The notes under the pieces were generated by a model. It had not been told where the DNA came from. It saw only the letters and a list, made by a program, of their open reading frames with translations, and did not search any database. A stretch of 64,000 nucleotides of DNA, taken from Giardia intestinalis. Taxonomy: Eukaryota. Where the stretch lies: the NCBI GenBank assembly GCA_000002435.2, contig CM018791.1. One strand, given 5' to 3'. The translations under genes were made by a program, and so were the position numbers. Of this stretch, positions 12,701 through 21,012 are shown piece after piece; positions within the stretch are counted from its first letter, which is position 1, and each line of letters opens with the position of its first letter.

Positions 12701-15700
12701 TACAATACGGATAGAGTTATGGACACACACCGCGAGTACACGTACCAGCAGCCGCCATCCCTTCTTATTTCGAACATCGCTGTCAACCTTTTTTCAATTA
12801 ATGGAATCTATAGAATTCTGTCGAACAAAGACGCACGTCAAACACTGTCTGTGCCTACAACCACCCCTTCTGTGAAATCAGCGCCTGTACCGGCTCATCC
12901 TGTTCTATCTCATCCCTACCTAGCCGAACTCCGTGCTTTTCAGGAGTACGAGCACACCAAGGTTGTTTCACAAGACACAGATTCCCCTGCAACTTTATCT
13001 GCGTACGATGAGCTTTCCATAACAGCAACTGAAGCTAGCACTCATTCATCTGGTGGCACTCTTGTGTCAATCGAACCATCAGCTGATAACGAAGTGCCAA
13101 AGGATGATGTGTGCGCTGATCAACTGCGTGATCAAGCCACCCTGGCCCTCAACAAAGACTATCCTTCATTTGATAACCAATTTTTCGCTAAGTCGTTCAC
13201 TAGTATCCAGCCTGGGGAAATAGATGCCAACGAGTTTGACACGTTAAGCGACACTCTCTTACTTACTAGAGAGCCAAAGCTATTTCTGGCTCCACTATTC
13301 GGAACAGATGCTTTACATGCCATACATTATGCTAAGCAGAACACTAATTCTATCTATTCGAATGTAGAGATTGCTGCCAATCTGATTCAGTCCAGGCCCG
13401 TGTCGTTAGACGAAGTTAACTCGCTACGTAGCAAGTGTAATATGAAAGGCCAGATCTCCATTAGGAAGTGGCTTCTGCATATCGCGAAATTTTCCCACAT
13501 TAGTGCAGAGCTTGTATTTCCAGACACCACAATCAACTATGCACACGCAGCTACAGGGGTCCCCATTGTTGTAGCCTCTTTCCCCTCAACAAGACTAACT
13601 ATGGACGCAATCCCACCATTACTGGACGTTTTCGCTCATCCATTTTCACACATAACATTTTTGACTGAAACCGTCTCGCTTGAGCTTTACTCCAAAGCCC
13701 ATTCTGTGCAGGCCCAAAATCCGCTAAGCTTTAATATGGATGACGCTAAACGCGAATACCTTATTGCTACCAAGTCTTTCGACGTGAACTACACGCAATC
13801 TGTGGTTCGGTTTGTTTCCACTCCTGGCCCTAACAAGGCAGATTCGCCAATCCATATGTTACTGGCACACTCAGTGGAAATTGTAGCGAGATCACTTGAG
13901 ATGCAGCTTTTTAATGCACATAACAGGCTATTCTCTCTTCTACGCGACGTCCTGATTGAGGCAAGGTTATATACTGGCTTTGCTGAGACGTACTCCCTTG
14001 TGCTATCTGCCTGGACAGACCATGCATTCTATCTGTTTCATGAATATACCCCTCAGTCATTTTGGGATTGCTTCTGCTGCGAGCTTCACTTCCTCAGAGA
14101 CCAGAAAGCGGCTGCTTCAGCAGCTACTGTGGTCGTTGATGCCGAAATACCCTTTGTCTCTAACTCGCGATCTGCTGAGTTACAAATCATTCAACGCCGC
14201 CAGCCAAAACGAGCCCGACCAAGTCCCTTCTCTGCCGGACGGTCGCTTAAAAGACAGAACTCCTATAGACAAAACCAGGATCGCGCCGCAAGCTCTTCCA
14301 ATTCCCACGAGACACCCAAGGATGGTACGTCGAGACAGAAGGACCCGCTATTAAATACGCTAAGTAATCTGTCTGGGAATCACGTTGTCTTTTTTCTTGC
14401 AGAGATTGATGAGTTTATGTTAGGAATCGATAGTCCCAGATTGGTCCAATGCAGTGCTAAGCTGTCAAAATTAACAGTTTCATTAAGCTTGCCGGGCCAT
14501 CAGACCGAACCTTTGCACAAACTGAGAACAATGACTAACAAGGAGGTATTCTCCAAAATATATTGTAAAACTCCTAATTCTTCGAAGATTCAAGTAGACT
14601 CTCTCCCCCTTCTGACAATTACACCCAATAGTGCCAATTTAGGGCGCATTAAGCACAGTCTCTACGAGGATGACGACAATTCAATGGTAGCCAACGGTTC
14701 TTCTGGCGCGCAGAAGAAAGAGGAAGATGATCTACAGCTGATTTCATCGATAGCTAGCCTTTTACTCACTAACAGAAAAGACCTAGCATTAGCCTTAACC
14801 TCTACTTCCTTGCACATTATTCTCCATTCGTCGTATGTTAACCAAGACACTATTCATGCAATCAATCTTCCCACAATTAGCTCCACCCTATTATTTAAAG
14901 ATTTGTCAGTTTTGACTGTACAGCTATCTGTTTCCTCATCCCAGAACTCCTTTTCTGGAGAGCTTTTTATACTACTTATCTCGTTGTTGAGGAAGCTTAT
15001 CAGTGACTTCGAGCAGGTACTCAGCACCACAAGGTCTCTAGCAGATACGGAGATGTGCCAACTGCTGAGGACATCCGGGGCAGGAGATAAGCTATCTCCT
15101 TCATTGCTATCCACGTTTGATGGCAGCCTCACCAATGTTAGTGGATTTGAAGACCGTTCCCTGCAAGCACCACACAAAGCTCCACTAGTCCGGCACTGTC
15201 TAATTGAAATTATCGTATCGCTGACTACGCTCAGCATTACCAGTACTAGCCATGTAAGTGTCTTTCTTCTCAAGGAGATCACGTTCAAGATGAATTATGA
15301 ATCACAACATGGAAAGAAGCCGGTACTATTTGATAAATTTGACAAACGAGGAAGCGCTTTCGGAGAGTTTGAGCTTACCTTTGACGACATTACACTGTAT
15401 ACGCACGTAAGCAAGAGCCCTGACGACCTGTATCTGGAGTACCATCCAGAGTACTTGATCTTCAAAACCAAGGACGTGGAGGGACTAACAAAGGTGCTGA
15501 ATAGCAGTTCCCAGGCATCTACTTATGTAATTCAAAATATATCCTCGCATATCTCCATGAGCTTTCAGTTTACAGGTCAGATCTCATCCAAAACAGCATC
15601 TCGGTTGACGCTTACAGTGCAAACATTGGGCCTCTTGATCCATCCCCTTTTATATAGTCATATAGTGAGTCTTATTAATGACGTCCAGGTCTGGAGGGAG

Positions 15701-18700
15701 TCATATGCATTGATACAGAGTGACTATATCCCGAAGATGAGTAAGAATAGTAGCTTATCGAGCGCTACTTTTGTAGATAGGCTACCCAGCACAACTATCG
15801 AGGGATGCCCCTCCAGCTTACAGCAAGGCTCTGCAGTCCGAGAGCCTTCCAAATATATTCAATTTACTATCGAATTTAAGGATATTGACATATCCATTTA
15901 CTCAGATTGCGGCCTCGAGTTCGTTCTGGCAGATTCTAAAGTGACTCTAGAAGGAACATGTGTTCGTGAGACCTTGGAGATGATTGTAGTAGAGTTGGCC
16001 ATAGATGAGCTGATAGGAAATATCCAGCTATTTATAGTTCCGCCTTATGTGGCGTCCCCTCCTTGTGATAAGAATAGAGATACAGAAGGAGACCCCTGGA
16101 GCCTAGATGCAGTACTAGGATTTTTGACTTCCATCACAGCAATCCCTACCGGGAATGTCTTTGACTTTTGTCTTTCGCTGAAGCTTATTTTCCAGACGGG
16201 AATACCTGAGGCTTCTATTATGAAAAAGTTCCAGTGCAATTATCCCAAGCTGCCCTTGGAGTCAGCCACGTCACAGCCAGCTTTTAATTCCAATGAGCTT
16301 TGCAACACCATTCAGCTAGATCTCGTTGTAGAAAGATTTGTGCTGGCTCTCAACGAGACGGCTGTCCCTCTCCTAGCAGACTTCTTCTTTACTAGTATCA
16401 GGTACATCTCAGGTACCTACTCTTCTACAGCCGATCAGTCATCAACAGATGCAATAAAGGTCACTGCGATCTTGCTAGATGAAACAATCCAGGCCTTGCT
16501 AGAAAGAGTTGAAGTGATGCGCCAGAAGACTCTTTACATGAACATAAAACTTTCTGTACTAAGATTGGGACTTGAAGTCTACGAATTTAGCGATCTTAAG
16601 GAAACTATAAGACAGACATGTGAGGGATATACAAGTATCCAGCCTTCAGCCTCCACATCAGGTACCAGGGTTGGAGCAACTTTTAAGGCGGATGGCAGTT
16701 CTGTAGAGGTGGGGGCAGCATTGATGATAGATGCTCCTAGTATTTCTTTTCAGACCCAGGTAGCCAAACGAACTGTTGGTAATCCTTTCACTTATTCATC
16801 TAGTCAATATGGACAGTATGGATCGGCAACCGGAGGCTCCATAGCGAATCTGCACGGCAAGTCAATCACATCTAAAGAGATTTTCCCCCCTGTACTCTCA
16901 ATTATTCTTCCACAACTGAATTTTGACTTCGAAGCATTCAGAGTCCCCAAAAACGATTTGAGCCTTTATAAAAACTTTGATGTTCTACGACCTTTTATTA
17001 CTTCTGACCTTCTCAAGATGAACGAGAATACAAAACTTTATATAAAACCAGCTACAATCTCGTTTATGGCTATAAATGCTACCTTGTACAGGCGAACTCT
17101 TTTCTTTCCACCAGAAGTGTTCCGCGTCCTTGCTAATTTCATTTCAAAGTGGCTACAGGTGATTGAAAAATATTCACTGAAAACCCCCTCAGATCATCAG
17201 ACGAAAAAATCTTCATATTCTCTTTCATCTGACGGTGACGGAGAGATTGGGATTGGGACTGGGACTGGTCCTGTCAGTAAAGCAGATCAGTCAGTATCCA
17301 TGAGTCAGACACAAGTACCCCAGGCATCTTGCCCTAGAGACCAGCAGAAAACAAGCAGGGCAGACAAAAGCAAGCACAGGAGCATAACTAGTCATACCCC
17401 AAAACAGAGCCAAGGCAGCCTAGTCTCGGATTTGGCTGGACTCTATGAAATACTTCAAGCAGGAGCATCGAGATCATCCACCTCGAAGCTTAATTTCCTG
17501 ACAAATATAGTGCCAGATACTTTCCATGCAGTCGTTGCCCTGGAAATTGAACAGCAGACATTTATTCTAGATTCCGTTGCACGCCCAATAATCGAGAACA
17601 TGGCCTCGTCTATTCTCGGGGACACATACAATGCTACCACACCTAGAGCTGTAAGGCATAGCCGAGAGTCTAGCAAGCTAGACTATGCTGCAGTTTCTCC
17701 AAGCAATACTAACACTCCAGATAACAGGTACACAAAGAGCACGGTCTTCAGCAGTATGGCGCAAGAGGATCTGCAGCCAGGTTATGATGTGCTGTCCTTT
17801 GTGTCTGTTACTATTCTTCCCATTAAGTTAGAGCTGCTAGGGGAAAACGAGGTAGGCACCAGAACTATTGAAGCGTCACTGACGTTTTCAGGCCTTAATG
17901 CACGGGTTATCCCGTATGCTATTCAATTTATAGCCGCTCTTTACAAGGCATCCACCGCAGGAACCGTAGATCACGCACATCCCGTTGTATTTTCGATTAA
18001 GAATGTTCTAATGAACATTACATCCACTGTCTCCATGGGAGAAAACCAGGTATCATATAATAACGTGCAGAATGTTAAGATAAATATGGAGTCGATCTCG
18101 TTGGAGCTGGCACTGCACAGCTTTGAGCATATGAGCGCAGTGAGTGCTATTTGGATCCACAACACCGAAAAGCTGCGTGGAATGGTTGCTTTCCGAGACA
18201 TCATGCATGCAACCAGTAAGAAGTGGTCGCAGGATGACGCCACAAAGGTGGATGGGCCTGCCGAGAAGTCCATTCTTGGAAAGTACTTATTAGACTTATC
18301 AATCACCTGCCAAAATTTGCATTTAACTGTTAACGATTTATCTTACTACAAACTTAACCCGATTTCTTCTGTGTTTCTTGCACAGAATCGTGCAATAAGA
18401 AATCGGCAGATGACCGAAAAGGACGCGTTGCTAACGCACGAGGATATTGTTGGCATGATCCTCGGTCATTCTGACACTGCGGAACCGGGGGCAGATAGGG
18501 ATATAGACAGAACTGGTCATAGAAGAGGTCGGTCAATACTGTCATCTGAAAATAGCGCGGAGGCATGCACTGGACTAAGAAACGAATCAACAGATACAGG
18601 GATTGCAGGGGCCGTTGGCAATAAACTAAGCTCAGGACAGGAGTCTTACGAGGAACATCCCTTGCATCACGTTACGCAAATGAATCTGGAGTTCGGTGAG

Positions 18701-20980
18701 GTCAATACAGGGTGTAAAACCCAGCTCACGGACCAGCAGCTTGAGCTTATACTTCAAATTACCGCTTTAGAGAAGCAGCAGAAGATGCGCGTGCCAGTCC
18801 TCGTTATGGAGTTCTCTAAAGATGACACTGCAGTGATATGCAATATCCGAAAGAAGGCAGCAAAACTCCAAGCAACAGTTTCCATTAAAAGCCTTCTTTT
18901 GAAGTATGGACATACTATCGCATGTAAGCTTGTGCTTCATGGAGTACGGCTATCCATTAAGAACTTCTCATACTCTGTCACCAATGTTTCTACCTCGGAT
19001 TCTGACAATTCTAAAGATCAGGACGTGCATTCCGCGATTACAGTCCCCAATATGCATTCAGAGGTTAATGACCATTCCTCTTCTGTTCTTCCAGTGCTGC
19101 TGTCTAATGAGCAGGTAATGGTAGCCATAGACGCCGCGCTGCATCTTGACCAGCTCATTGTTCATGTCTTTGAGGAGGTGGAACTAGCATATATGAATAC
19201 CTCTGGATGCTTTGTCAATCTTTCAGCCTGTCACATGATCTCAGAGAAGATATTAAGGAACCAATCACAGTATAAGAAGAACAAAACTTCGATTGGATTG
19301 GGAGTTAAAAGTGTTAATGCTTACATAGGGATGCAGGTAGCCACGGCAATCTATGGATCACTGCAAAGGGTGCTTTCAGATACCACTAAGTTGTGGAAGG
19401 AAGGAAAGGTCATTGTGCAAAACCATCATACCGCTTTATCGGTAGACAACATCTTACTGAAACTGAAGCGCTACATCTCTAAGGGCGAGAGGGATAAAGA
19501 GAGGATACGGAGACAGAAGAAATTAGCGAAAAGTGACGAATTATATTTTCAAGCAGTTCTATCAACCAACCCAACTCACTCTATGTCCACATCATACACC
19601 CTTGATGCAAAGTACTTGAAGTACTTCTCCAAGACGGCAAGGGTAAAGCTCTCTCTACAGATTGATACTATTTCACTACGGTTGTTCCAGGGCACTTTGT
19701 TGGACAATTACCATTGTGCAATCGTTGTCTCCAAGCTTGACTTAGTTCTCTCCTTATTGTATAACCCTGTGGATCACTCTACAAAAACAATCCCACTAAA
19801 GCTGCAGATCACGAAGAAGGCACTGCTAGAGAAGCTAGGCCACGAGCTGGTCACAAAGGATAAGCAGAAAACCCAGGCAGAGGCAACGGATACGTCTTCT
19901 ACAGGGAGCAACTACCCACCGCCCACTGCTCATCCAAGGGAAAGCGGTCGTAGAAGCCGCACTCACATAAACAATGCATGGATGATGGCATTTTCTCTTG
20001 ATGACTTGCAGCTTACTGACACACTTCCAGTTGTCCCAACTACATCTATAGCTCTATCCATAGCCTTTTTTACTCTGAGCTACGGGGAACGGCTGGGCCA
20101 AGGTGCAAGCAAAATTGCCATCAACCCTATCATGTTTGACGAGTCTGTTAACGCCGAAAAGGTAAAGCAGGGACTGGGATACATCCACAAGGGCCAGTAC
20201 CATGATTACATCCATGTTCTTGTCGCACGAAACGAGCTTCTAACAATCATGTCTTGTACAGAGGTCCTAAAGCTTGGCAGATCCTCATGGGATATCAATT
20301 ATAGCACGGTTTGCTCAGTGCTCAAACTCCCCGAGAGCTCTGGCCCCCTTTACATGCTTCAAATGCTATCGGGATTGGCGAAGCCTAACTTAAGTAATTT
20401 GACGGCGGGATCGCAATTTATTGCTGCGGTGGGAACCATCAATTCAATCCTGTCGGATATTCTAGCATTTAAGCGATCTGTCTCAAAGGCCCCCCTCCTC
20501 GATGTTAACAGGGGCGACGCCAGGGACATAGGTGCTATGGGGAGCTCCATTTCTGCTTCCAAAGAGGCGTTCCTCCACAGTAGCGTGGAATTCTCACCGG
20601 ACACTCTGTCGAGGCTACCGGCCGAGCAGTCAGTAGAGTCTAAGGAGGCAACGAAGACTATGGCGGCCAACATGATGCGCATCTACGAAAGTGAAAAGCT
20701 CTGGCTGCTAAGCCAAATGAACGTTGAAAGTGCAGACGCTCTGGTGCCGAACCTGGGATTGCTGGGGAAGGGGGGAAGTGATCTGTTGGGGTCAATAATA
20801 GGGAGTACATTGAAGAGCAATCGGTATCTCAATAAAGTCTTTACGGGAGTTACCGCGGGTCTTTACCACACAGGTGAGGAAGTTACAAATCTACTGATAT
20901 CACAGGCCAAGCAGGTGTTCTACACTCGTGCTCAAAATCTTCAAAAAATAATAATTAAAGACCAAACTCAAAAAGAATAA
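3788..20980 (+). CDS. giant 5730-aa protein with an N-terminal transmembrane helix; candidate bridge-like lipid-transfer protein of the Csf1/BLTP1 (Tweek/KIAA1109) type
   Basis: Uninterrupted 17.2-kb ORF starting at a checked ATG. N-terminus is TM helix (LTVIFISLSAVLLFGATIYALYFIIPILLA) followed by RKARVHVSYFRLGLFMRRIHLQSVYFSTAEYTIFVGDVHLHFSLL. This resembles yeast Csf1 residues KRAKIKINVETLRVSLLGGRIHFKNLSVIHKDYTISVLEGSLTW as I recall them. The product call is an inference; the CDS call is solid. Confidence 0.8.
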   Translation: MVVFAGPLSDLTVIFISLSAVLLFGATIYALYFIIPILLAKLIQAIANVYFRLYTKGYRKARVHVSYFRLGLFMRRIHLQSVYFSTAEYTIFVGDVHLHFSLLRRSGFLSKVLQEHIIKSQTKDAHSLTFPLFPAMVHVTGIDIHLYSRKPLPYTPTEEGLRRYMEEYQSKLANAAAQRKLPFFFRVFGPVNLDIRGIRLVLSNPYLRCGVRATIGSANGVLGVHQEAELFTFYTSYLDLKLHSFNVNFIENEFYNPIFDHKRQNFFEKKSCLPLYSGKNSLSVSILSSPVSRLTVTTTSDLSKVSFRPGLHSSQDRSEIYDKSFPEGIVSIRLIDPKITYSPWLERERRRVFLSFFPETFLPRQVWPLPSNEELFFRPTLNYKISVIFDTPGTIQYWYRNTDQPYDPVKHDIILAWKRAQMESARVSQQLHEFKANSTISCDNNTYTAQSIVGDSVINQGTVPTGGATSMDDGDCTECSTAYSMCPITTSPINSPVEEAHALLSGNYSASVAQLQPAHSRKGSNLSSHVRMTSSTTSKVVLDSIAGLSKRLRTNIQGSPLIGSAVDDFEALAHRNNQFQSVANLQTAVFNDDLFAQFNVDSSTLQMDNFEEPTCNPQSSKDEDQAPEAQTLRRPRTLWSNVFGNTIPFVNRFIRSSTSKGEQEFNIFDSSAGDKDATSAAPPPTVGAYTSPHEGISFTCSTGTVILLKMPVFSYFPTRTKKISAFIPHVSAKTTVIGQEFFVAENISFVWDELTTGTEYSAPTKWNVGFFAENLRAELTGAIISQITHLLGDLTEDDKDLLSYYRKSLIPLIDNNTVILAHEFPIRDRAYNVYCNAPPNRLQTMREVQYSKTKRFIPVEMDFTIRVVNYEIGVATAVDNVCSSLHHLSAVQPVQDFLVHKYSVAYHRLYCQHKMLAEHDFKELRLVSAHHYVYHNNPFLNMFWRLPLVIGASNRSIYCLLDLTIDVINNDYEQVANMLHKGDPISKDVRPNLVWLNTPYNVAASSTTRKRRCTCLRSRKKGLRTLPPVSGITQETDNLLPLKEGYTHSRYQSTHGYEILESNTKSGKKGSKSYDELSLVPASVHSGTKLSSLHVLQLPHTASWDTLGTSSTSLQQTPYPCTVDEFLKAFLYESPDAIDHCDHRIELLRIANGKKHANSNPLTYEEYLSLLTYSPPTHSRLLFAGVDLSCGIAVPRLHNLNACIDGGTDAKAQLYTVLDVKLILKMASIYVACTSTSRQSAFLKRLYSAKKTTNKSLTSPFASGPLPRTELRIGMTRDLVLDAHLDTRVTSFLKESVQTPPSQIIDSSVSPSLSYPQDNNLSLQINVARPELLVSGSVIAIFMHFLENLFLAQRFPISDADYIIMPFNLHFKNQLARAYESYYLYHRLKASYANDLWLDSIKRAVKDSPEVDPVERLTDRDILIRLSHEFVLSDQMTYSDVIYPVSKAATLYQRFSHYITSMRLFLTIYADRPIVSVTVHEFAELPRRFSFAYNDLNTDYNRLFTTSLSDPRGLITFHTQKLTFAIVSSRSVTTLSVSTTPLRGGYLSHAHSTITTGGFDMHVTMPKTQDSIYPLPTRTAYSMTLSALKLSAYPEFVGVLTMLIRNFCVTFLAPSFNHLPASFVDHSAVGSDHESAADVDHGKVYDRIRQMIAERMQKDLELLTNKSNFLLLCNYLEDLNDSDHTAVLHRLYTRGPSATQARLDQDSFLLDTRTDSSGNPTQNNKTTNRPDLTCSAISSSSLPLDSVMYARCPDRLRYLLFYNGSNWCLTATQVVSFDISIGQFDCSLIHTFSSNSACSTPTSLVASVISKRGVACYINNHALKDNTRLLLRCTVPDIILRLRDPFSQSTSVALKTAVNIVVHQTGDNAVGKAVQLLYYEHHKHLLSTLLSGPRAQTSVTSIPTIVVSHDNELTCASRPKPISGSQEGVLPVFKSTTNYCHHAPACTATEFTRPSSLKASPAEQYPLPAELEDLLRKEKGDNALNDTVLRRAMYLQFVAPGTTHSQKRFSRQRTSVKTASASSITLYSTETDTYNEGGPDLAQGSTRLSRTMIATNVTDDFSLYSTETTVPSVQGKADSTDQASYDETSDSILLPDESPSRAFVNKTKESLWQRQAQKTDNTEPSCPPPVSVDKLAGIEEEPFPFLIPAHLFHSILDHRMVAVYTSAFSSFSQDSHAPSGLTLRPKSGPYMSVDRGPHQSKPVYNPTNLPVDMHIPTSGPAAVSVSITVEGLRTYIKPEGIYGALLLVSQILSPDFTVVANAYTFLTAESNKCMLDVKNIYLCETMLRTCYYAHLKQFIAEQKPSRFQYISNLMYSQGQLDLSQTGKKDGQEMKSNLTPPEHKQDRKDKEDNLDRICAFITLIASQSQLLSSLSMSHFGRATHHQLETTLMQMDGTATHWYLLFAPQVEQYKLTSKEMITLEVFLKDAEVVALADGLRTSVTLRMSQLSSAFALSNKIYSFNNRAYKMFCRLSDRFCPQTNMNKFRIQTGALLSLKANNLTLETIRGALCTIQGVSLKLNCGIFFSQGNRAASTGSRSSSLYLNTKKNPMKIDVATMRTDRSAKIDTDSVQTAHRLYSHTSTEATETTDKSATSQKGMDAFLKMLLNTLCVEANTVTLNIPIMLLQPLVILLAHYVGSFQRGMEAIVLSTVIAQLSKYILLRTFVPQRHLVWHALKPTSDMTESKSNLASNLYPEQSNAHLNSLLVILSQRDTNASFEAISKSIFSSFCKDLSKDPLVSLGSRVIRWMKRADCRHRDAEGGSQSLGSKLEFSIQSICQSQKSSLPVYKIKIDAGLKLSPLRSDAILFLALSLKEYSDTLSFSKDSVPKQMIFWQSPHFEAFRVPKEPVILYLNYITRHLLFNFWGAKAQAALANLQQGAGEPVTVKHMVQLSLSLHDEFAIQATSSTHLPFLTASASSPPCFKASVLKPKLQLSINERLSVTLAYKSLNASFSLPLFLLANVCRLNSAFYAYNTDRVMDTHREYTYQQPPSLLISNIAVNLFSINGIYRILSNKDARQTLSVPTTTPSVKSAPVPAHPVLSHPYLAELRAFQEYEHTKVVSQDTDSPATLSAYDELSITATEASTHSSGGTLVSIEPSADNEVPKDDVCADQLRDQATLALNKDYPSFDNQFFAKSFTSIQPGEIDANEFDTLSDTLLLTREPKLFLAPLFGTDALHAIHYAKQNTNSIYSNVEIAANLIQSRPVSLDEVNSLRSKCNMKGQISIRKWLLHIAKFSHISAELVFPDTTINYAHAATGVPIVVASFPSTRLTMDAIPPLLDVFAHPFSHITFLTETVSLELYSKAHSVQAQNPLSFNMDDAKREYLIATKSFDVNYTQSVVRFVSTPGPNKADSPIHMLLAHSVEIVARSLEMQLFNAHNRLFSLLRDVLIEARLYTGFAETYSLVLSAWTDHAFYLFHEYTPQSFWDCFCCELHFLRDQKAAASAATVVVDAEIPFVSNSRSAELQIIQRRQPKRARPSPFSAGRSLKRQNSYRQNQDRAASSSNSHETPKDGTSRQKDPLLNTLSNLSGNHVVFFLAEIDEFMLGIDSPRLVQCSAKLSKLTVSLSLPGHQTEPLHKLRTMTNKEVFSKIYCKTPNSSKIQVDSLPLLTITPNSANLGRIKHSLYEDDDNSMVANGSSGAQKKEEDDLQLISSIASLLLTNRKDLALALTSTSLHIILHSSYVNQDTIHAINLPTISSTLLFKDLSVLTVQLSVSSSQNSFSGELFILLISLLRKLISDFEQVLSTTRSLADTEMCQLLRTSGAGDKLSPSLLSTFDGSLTNVSGFEDRSLQAPHKAPLVRHCLIEIIVSLTTLSITSTSHVSVFLLKEITFKMNYESQHGKKPVLFDKFDKRGSAFGEFELTFDDITLYTHVSKSPDDLYLEYHPEYLIFKTKDVEGLTKVLNSSSQASTYVIQNISSHISMSFQFTGQISSKTASRLTLTVQTLGLLIHPLLYSHIVSLINDVQVWRESYALIQSDYIPKMSKNSSLSSATFVDRLPSTTIEGCPSSLQQGSAVREPSKYIQFTIEFKDIDISIYSDCGLEFVLADSKVTLEGTCVRETLEMIVVELAIDELIGNIQLFIVPPYVASPPCDKNRDTEGDPWSLDAVLGFLTSITAIPTGNVFDFCLSLKLIFQTGIPEASIMKKFQCNYPKLPLESATSQPAFNSNELCNTIQLDLVVERFVLALNETAVPLLADFFFTSIRYISGTYSSTADQSSTDAIKVTAILLDETIQALLERVEVMRQKTLYMNIKLSVLRLGLEVYEFSDLKETIRQTCEGYTSIQPSASTSGTRVGATFKADGSSVEVGAALMIDAPSISFQTQVAKRTVGNPFTYSSSQYGQYGSATGGSIANLHGKSITSKEIFPPVLSIILPQLNFDFEAFRVPKNDLSLYKNFDVLRPFITSDLLKMNENTKLYIKPATISFMAINATLYRRTLFFPPEVFRVLANFISKWLQVIEKYSLKTPSDHQTKKSSYSLSSDGDGEIGIGTGTGPVSKADQSVSMSQTQVPQASCPRDQQKTSRADKSKHRSITSHTPKQSQGSLVSDLAGLYEILQAGASRSSTSKLNFLTNIVPDTFHAVVALEIEQQTFILDSVARPIIENMASSILGDTYNATTPRAVRHSRESSKLDYAAVSPSNTNTPDNRYTKSTVFSSMAQEDLQPGYDVLSFVSVTILPIKLELLGENEVGTRTIEASLTFSGLNARVIPYAIQFIAALYKASTAGTVDHAHPVVFSIKNVLMNITSTVSMGENQVSYNNVQNVKINMESISLELALHSFEHMSAVSAIWIHNTEKLRGMVAFRDIMHATSKKWSQDDATKVDGPAEKSILGKYLLDLSITCQNLHLTVNDLSYYKLNPISSVFLAQNRAIRNRQMTEKDALLTHEDIVGMILGHSDTAEPGADRDIDRTGHRRGRSILSSENSAEACTGLRNESTDTGIAGAVGNKLSSGQESYEEHPLHHVTQMNLEFGEVNTGCKTQLTDQQLELILQITALEKQQKMRVPVLVMEFSKDDTAVICNIRKKAAKLQATVSIKSLLLKYGHTIACKLVLHGVRLSIKNFSYSVTNVSTSDSDNSKDQDVHSAITVPNMHSEVNDHSSSVLPVLLSNEQVMVAIDAALHLDQLIVHVFEEVELAYMNTSGCFVNLSACHMISEKILRNQSQYKKNKTSIGLGVKSVNAYIGMQVATAIYGSLQRVLSDTTKLWKEGKVIVQNHHTALSVDNILLKLKRYISKGERDKERIRRQKKLAKSDELYFQAVLSTNPTHSMSTSYTLDAKYLKYFSKTARVKLSLQIDTISLRLFQGTLLDNYHCAIVVSKLDLVLSLLYNPVDHSTKTIPLKLQITKKALLEKLGHELVTKDKQKTQAEATDTSSTGSNYPPPTAHPRESGRRSRTHINNAWMMAFSLDDLQLTDTLPVVPTTSIALSIAFFTLSYGERLGQGASKIAINPIMFDESVNAEKVKQGLGYIHKGQYHDYIHVLVARNELLTIMSCTEVLKLGRSSWDINYSTVCSVLKLPESSGPLYMLQMLSGLAKPNLSNLTAGSQFIAAVGTINSILSDILAFKRSVSKAPLLDVNRGDARDIGAMGSSISASKEAFLHSSVEFSPDTLSRLPAEQSVESKEATKTMAANMMRIYESEKLWLLSQMNVESADALVPNLGLLGKGGSDLLGSIIGSTLKSNRYLNKVFTGVTAGLYHTGEEVTNLLISQAKQVFYTRAQNLQKIIIKDQTQKE

Positions 20981-21012
20981 ACCGGAAATTTATAGACCCT
21001 TTTCCAGGTTGA

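Noticed and set aside
17221-17290. Short Gly-x tandem (GDGEIGIGTGTGP, gattgggattgggactgggactgg)
   Set aside because: It is only about 4 copies of a 6-nt unit inside the giant ORF and is in frame. It looks like a minor low-complexity linker and not a microsatellite of interest.
3930-20682. Dozens of 60-140-aa ORFs nested inside the 17-kb giant gene on either strand
   Set aside because: They are internal alternative-frame or antisense ORFs of a single continuous 5730-codon reading frame. None has independent support.
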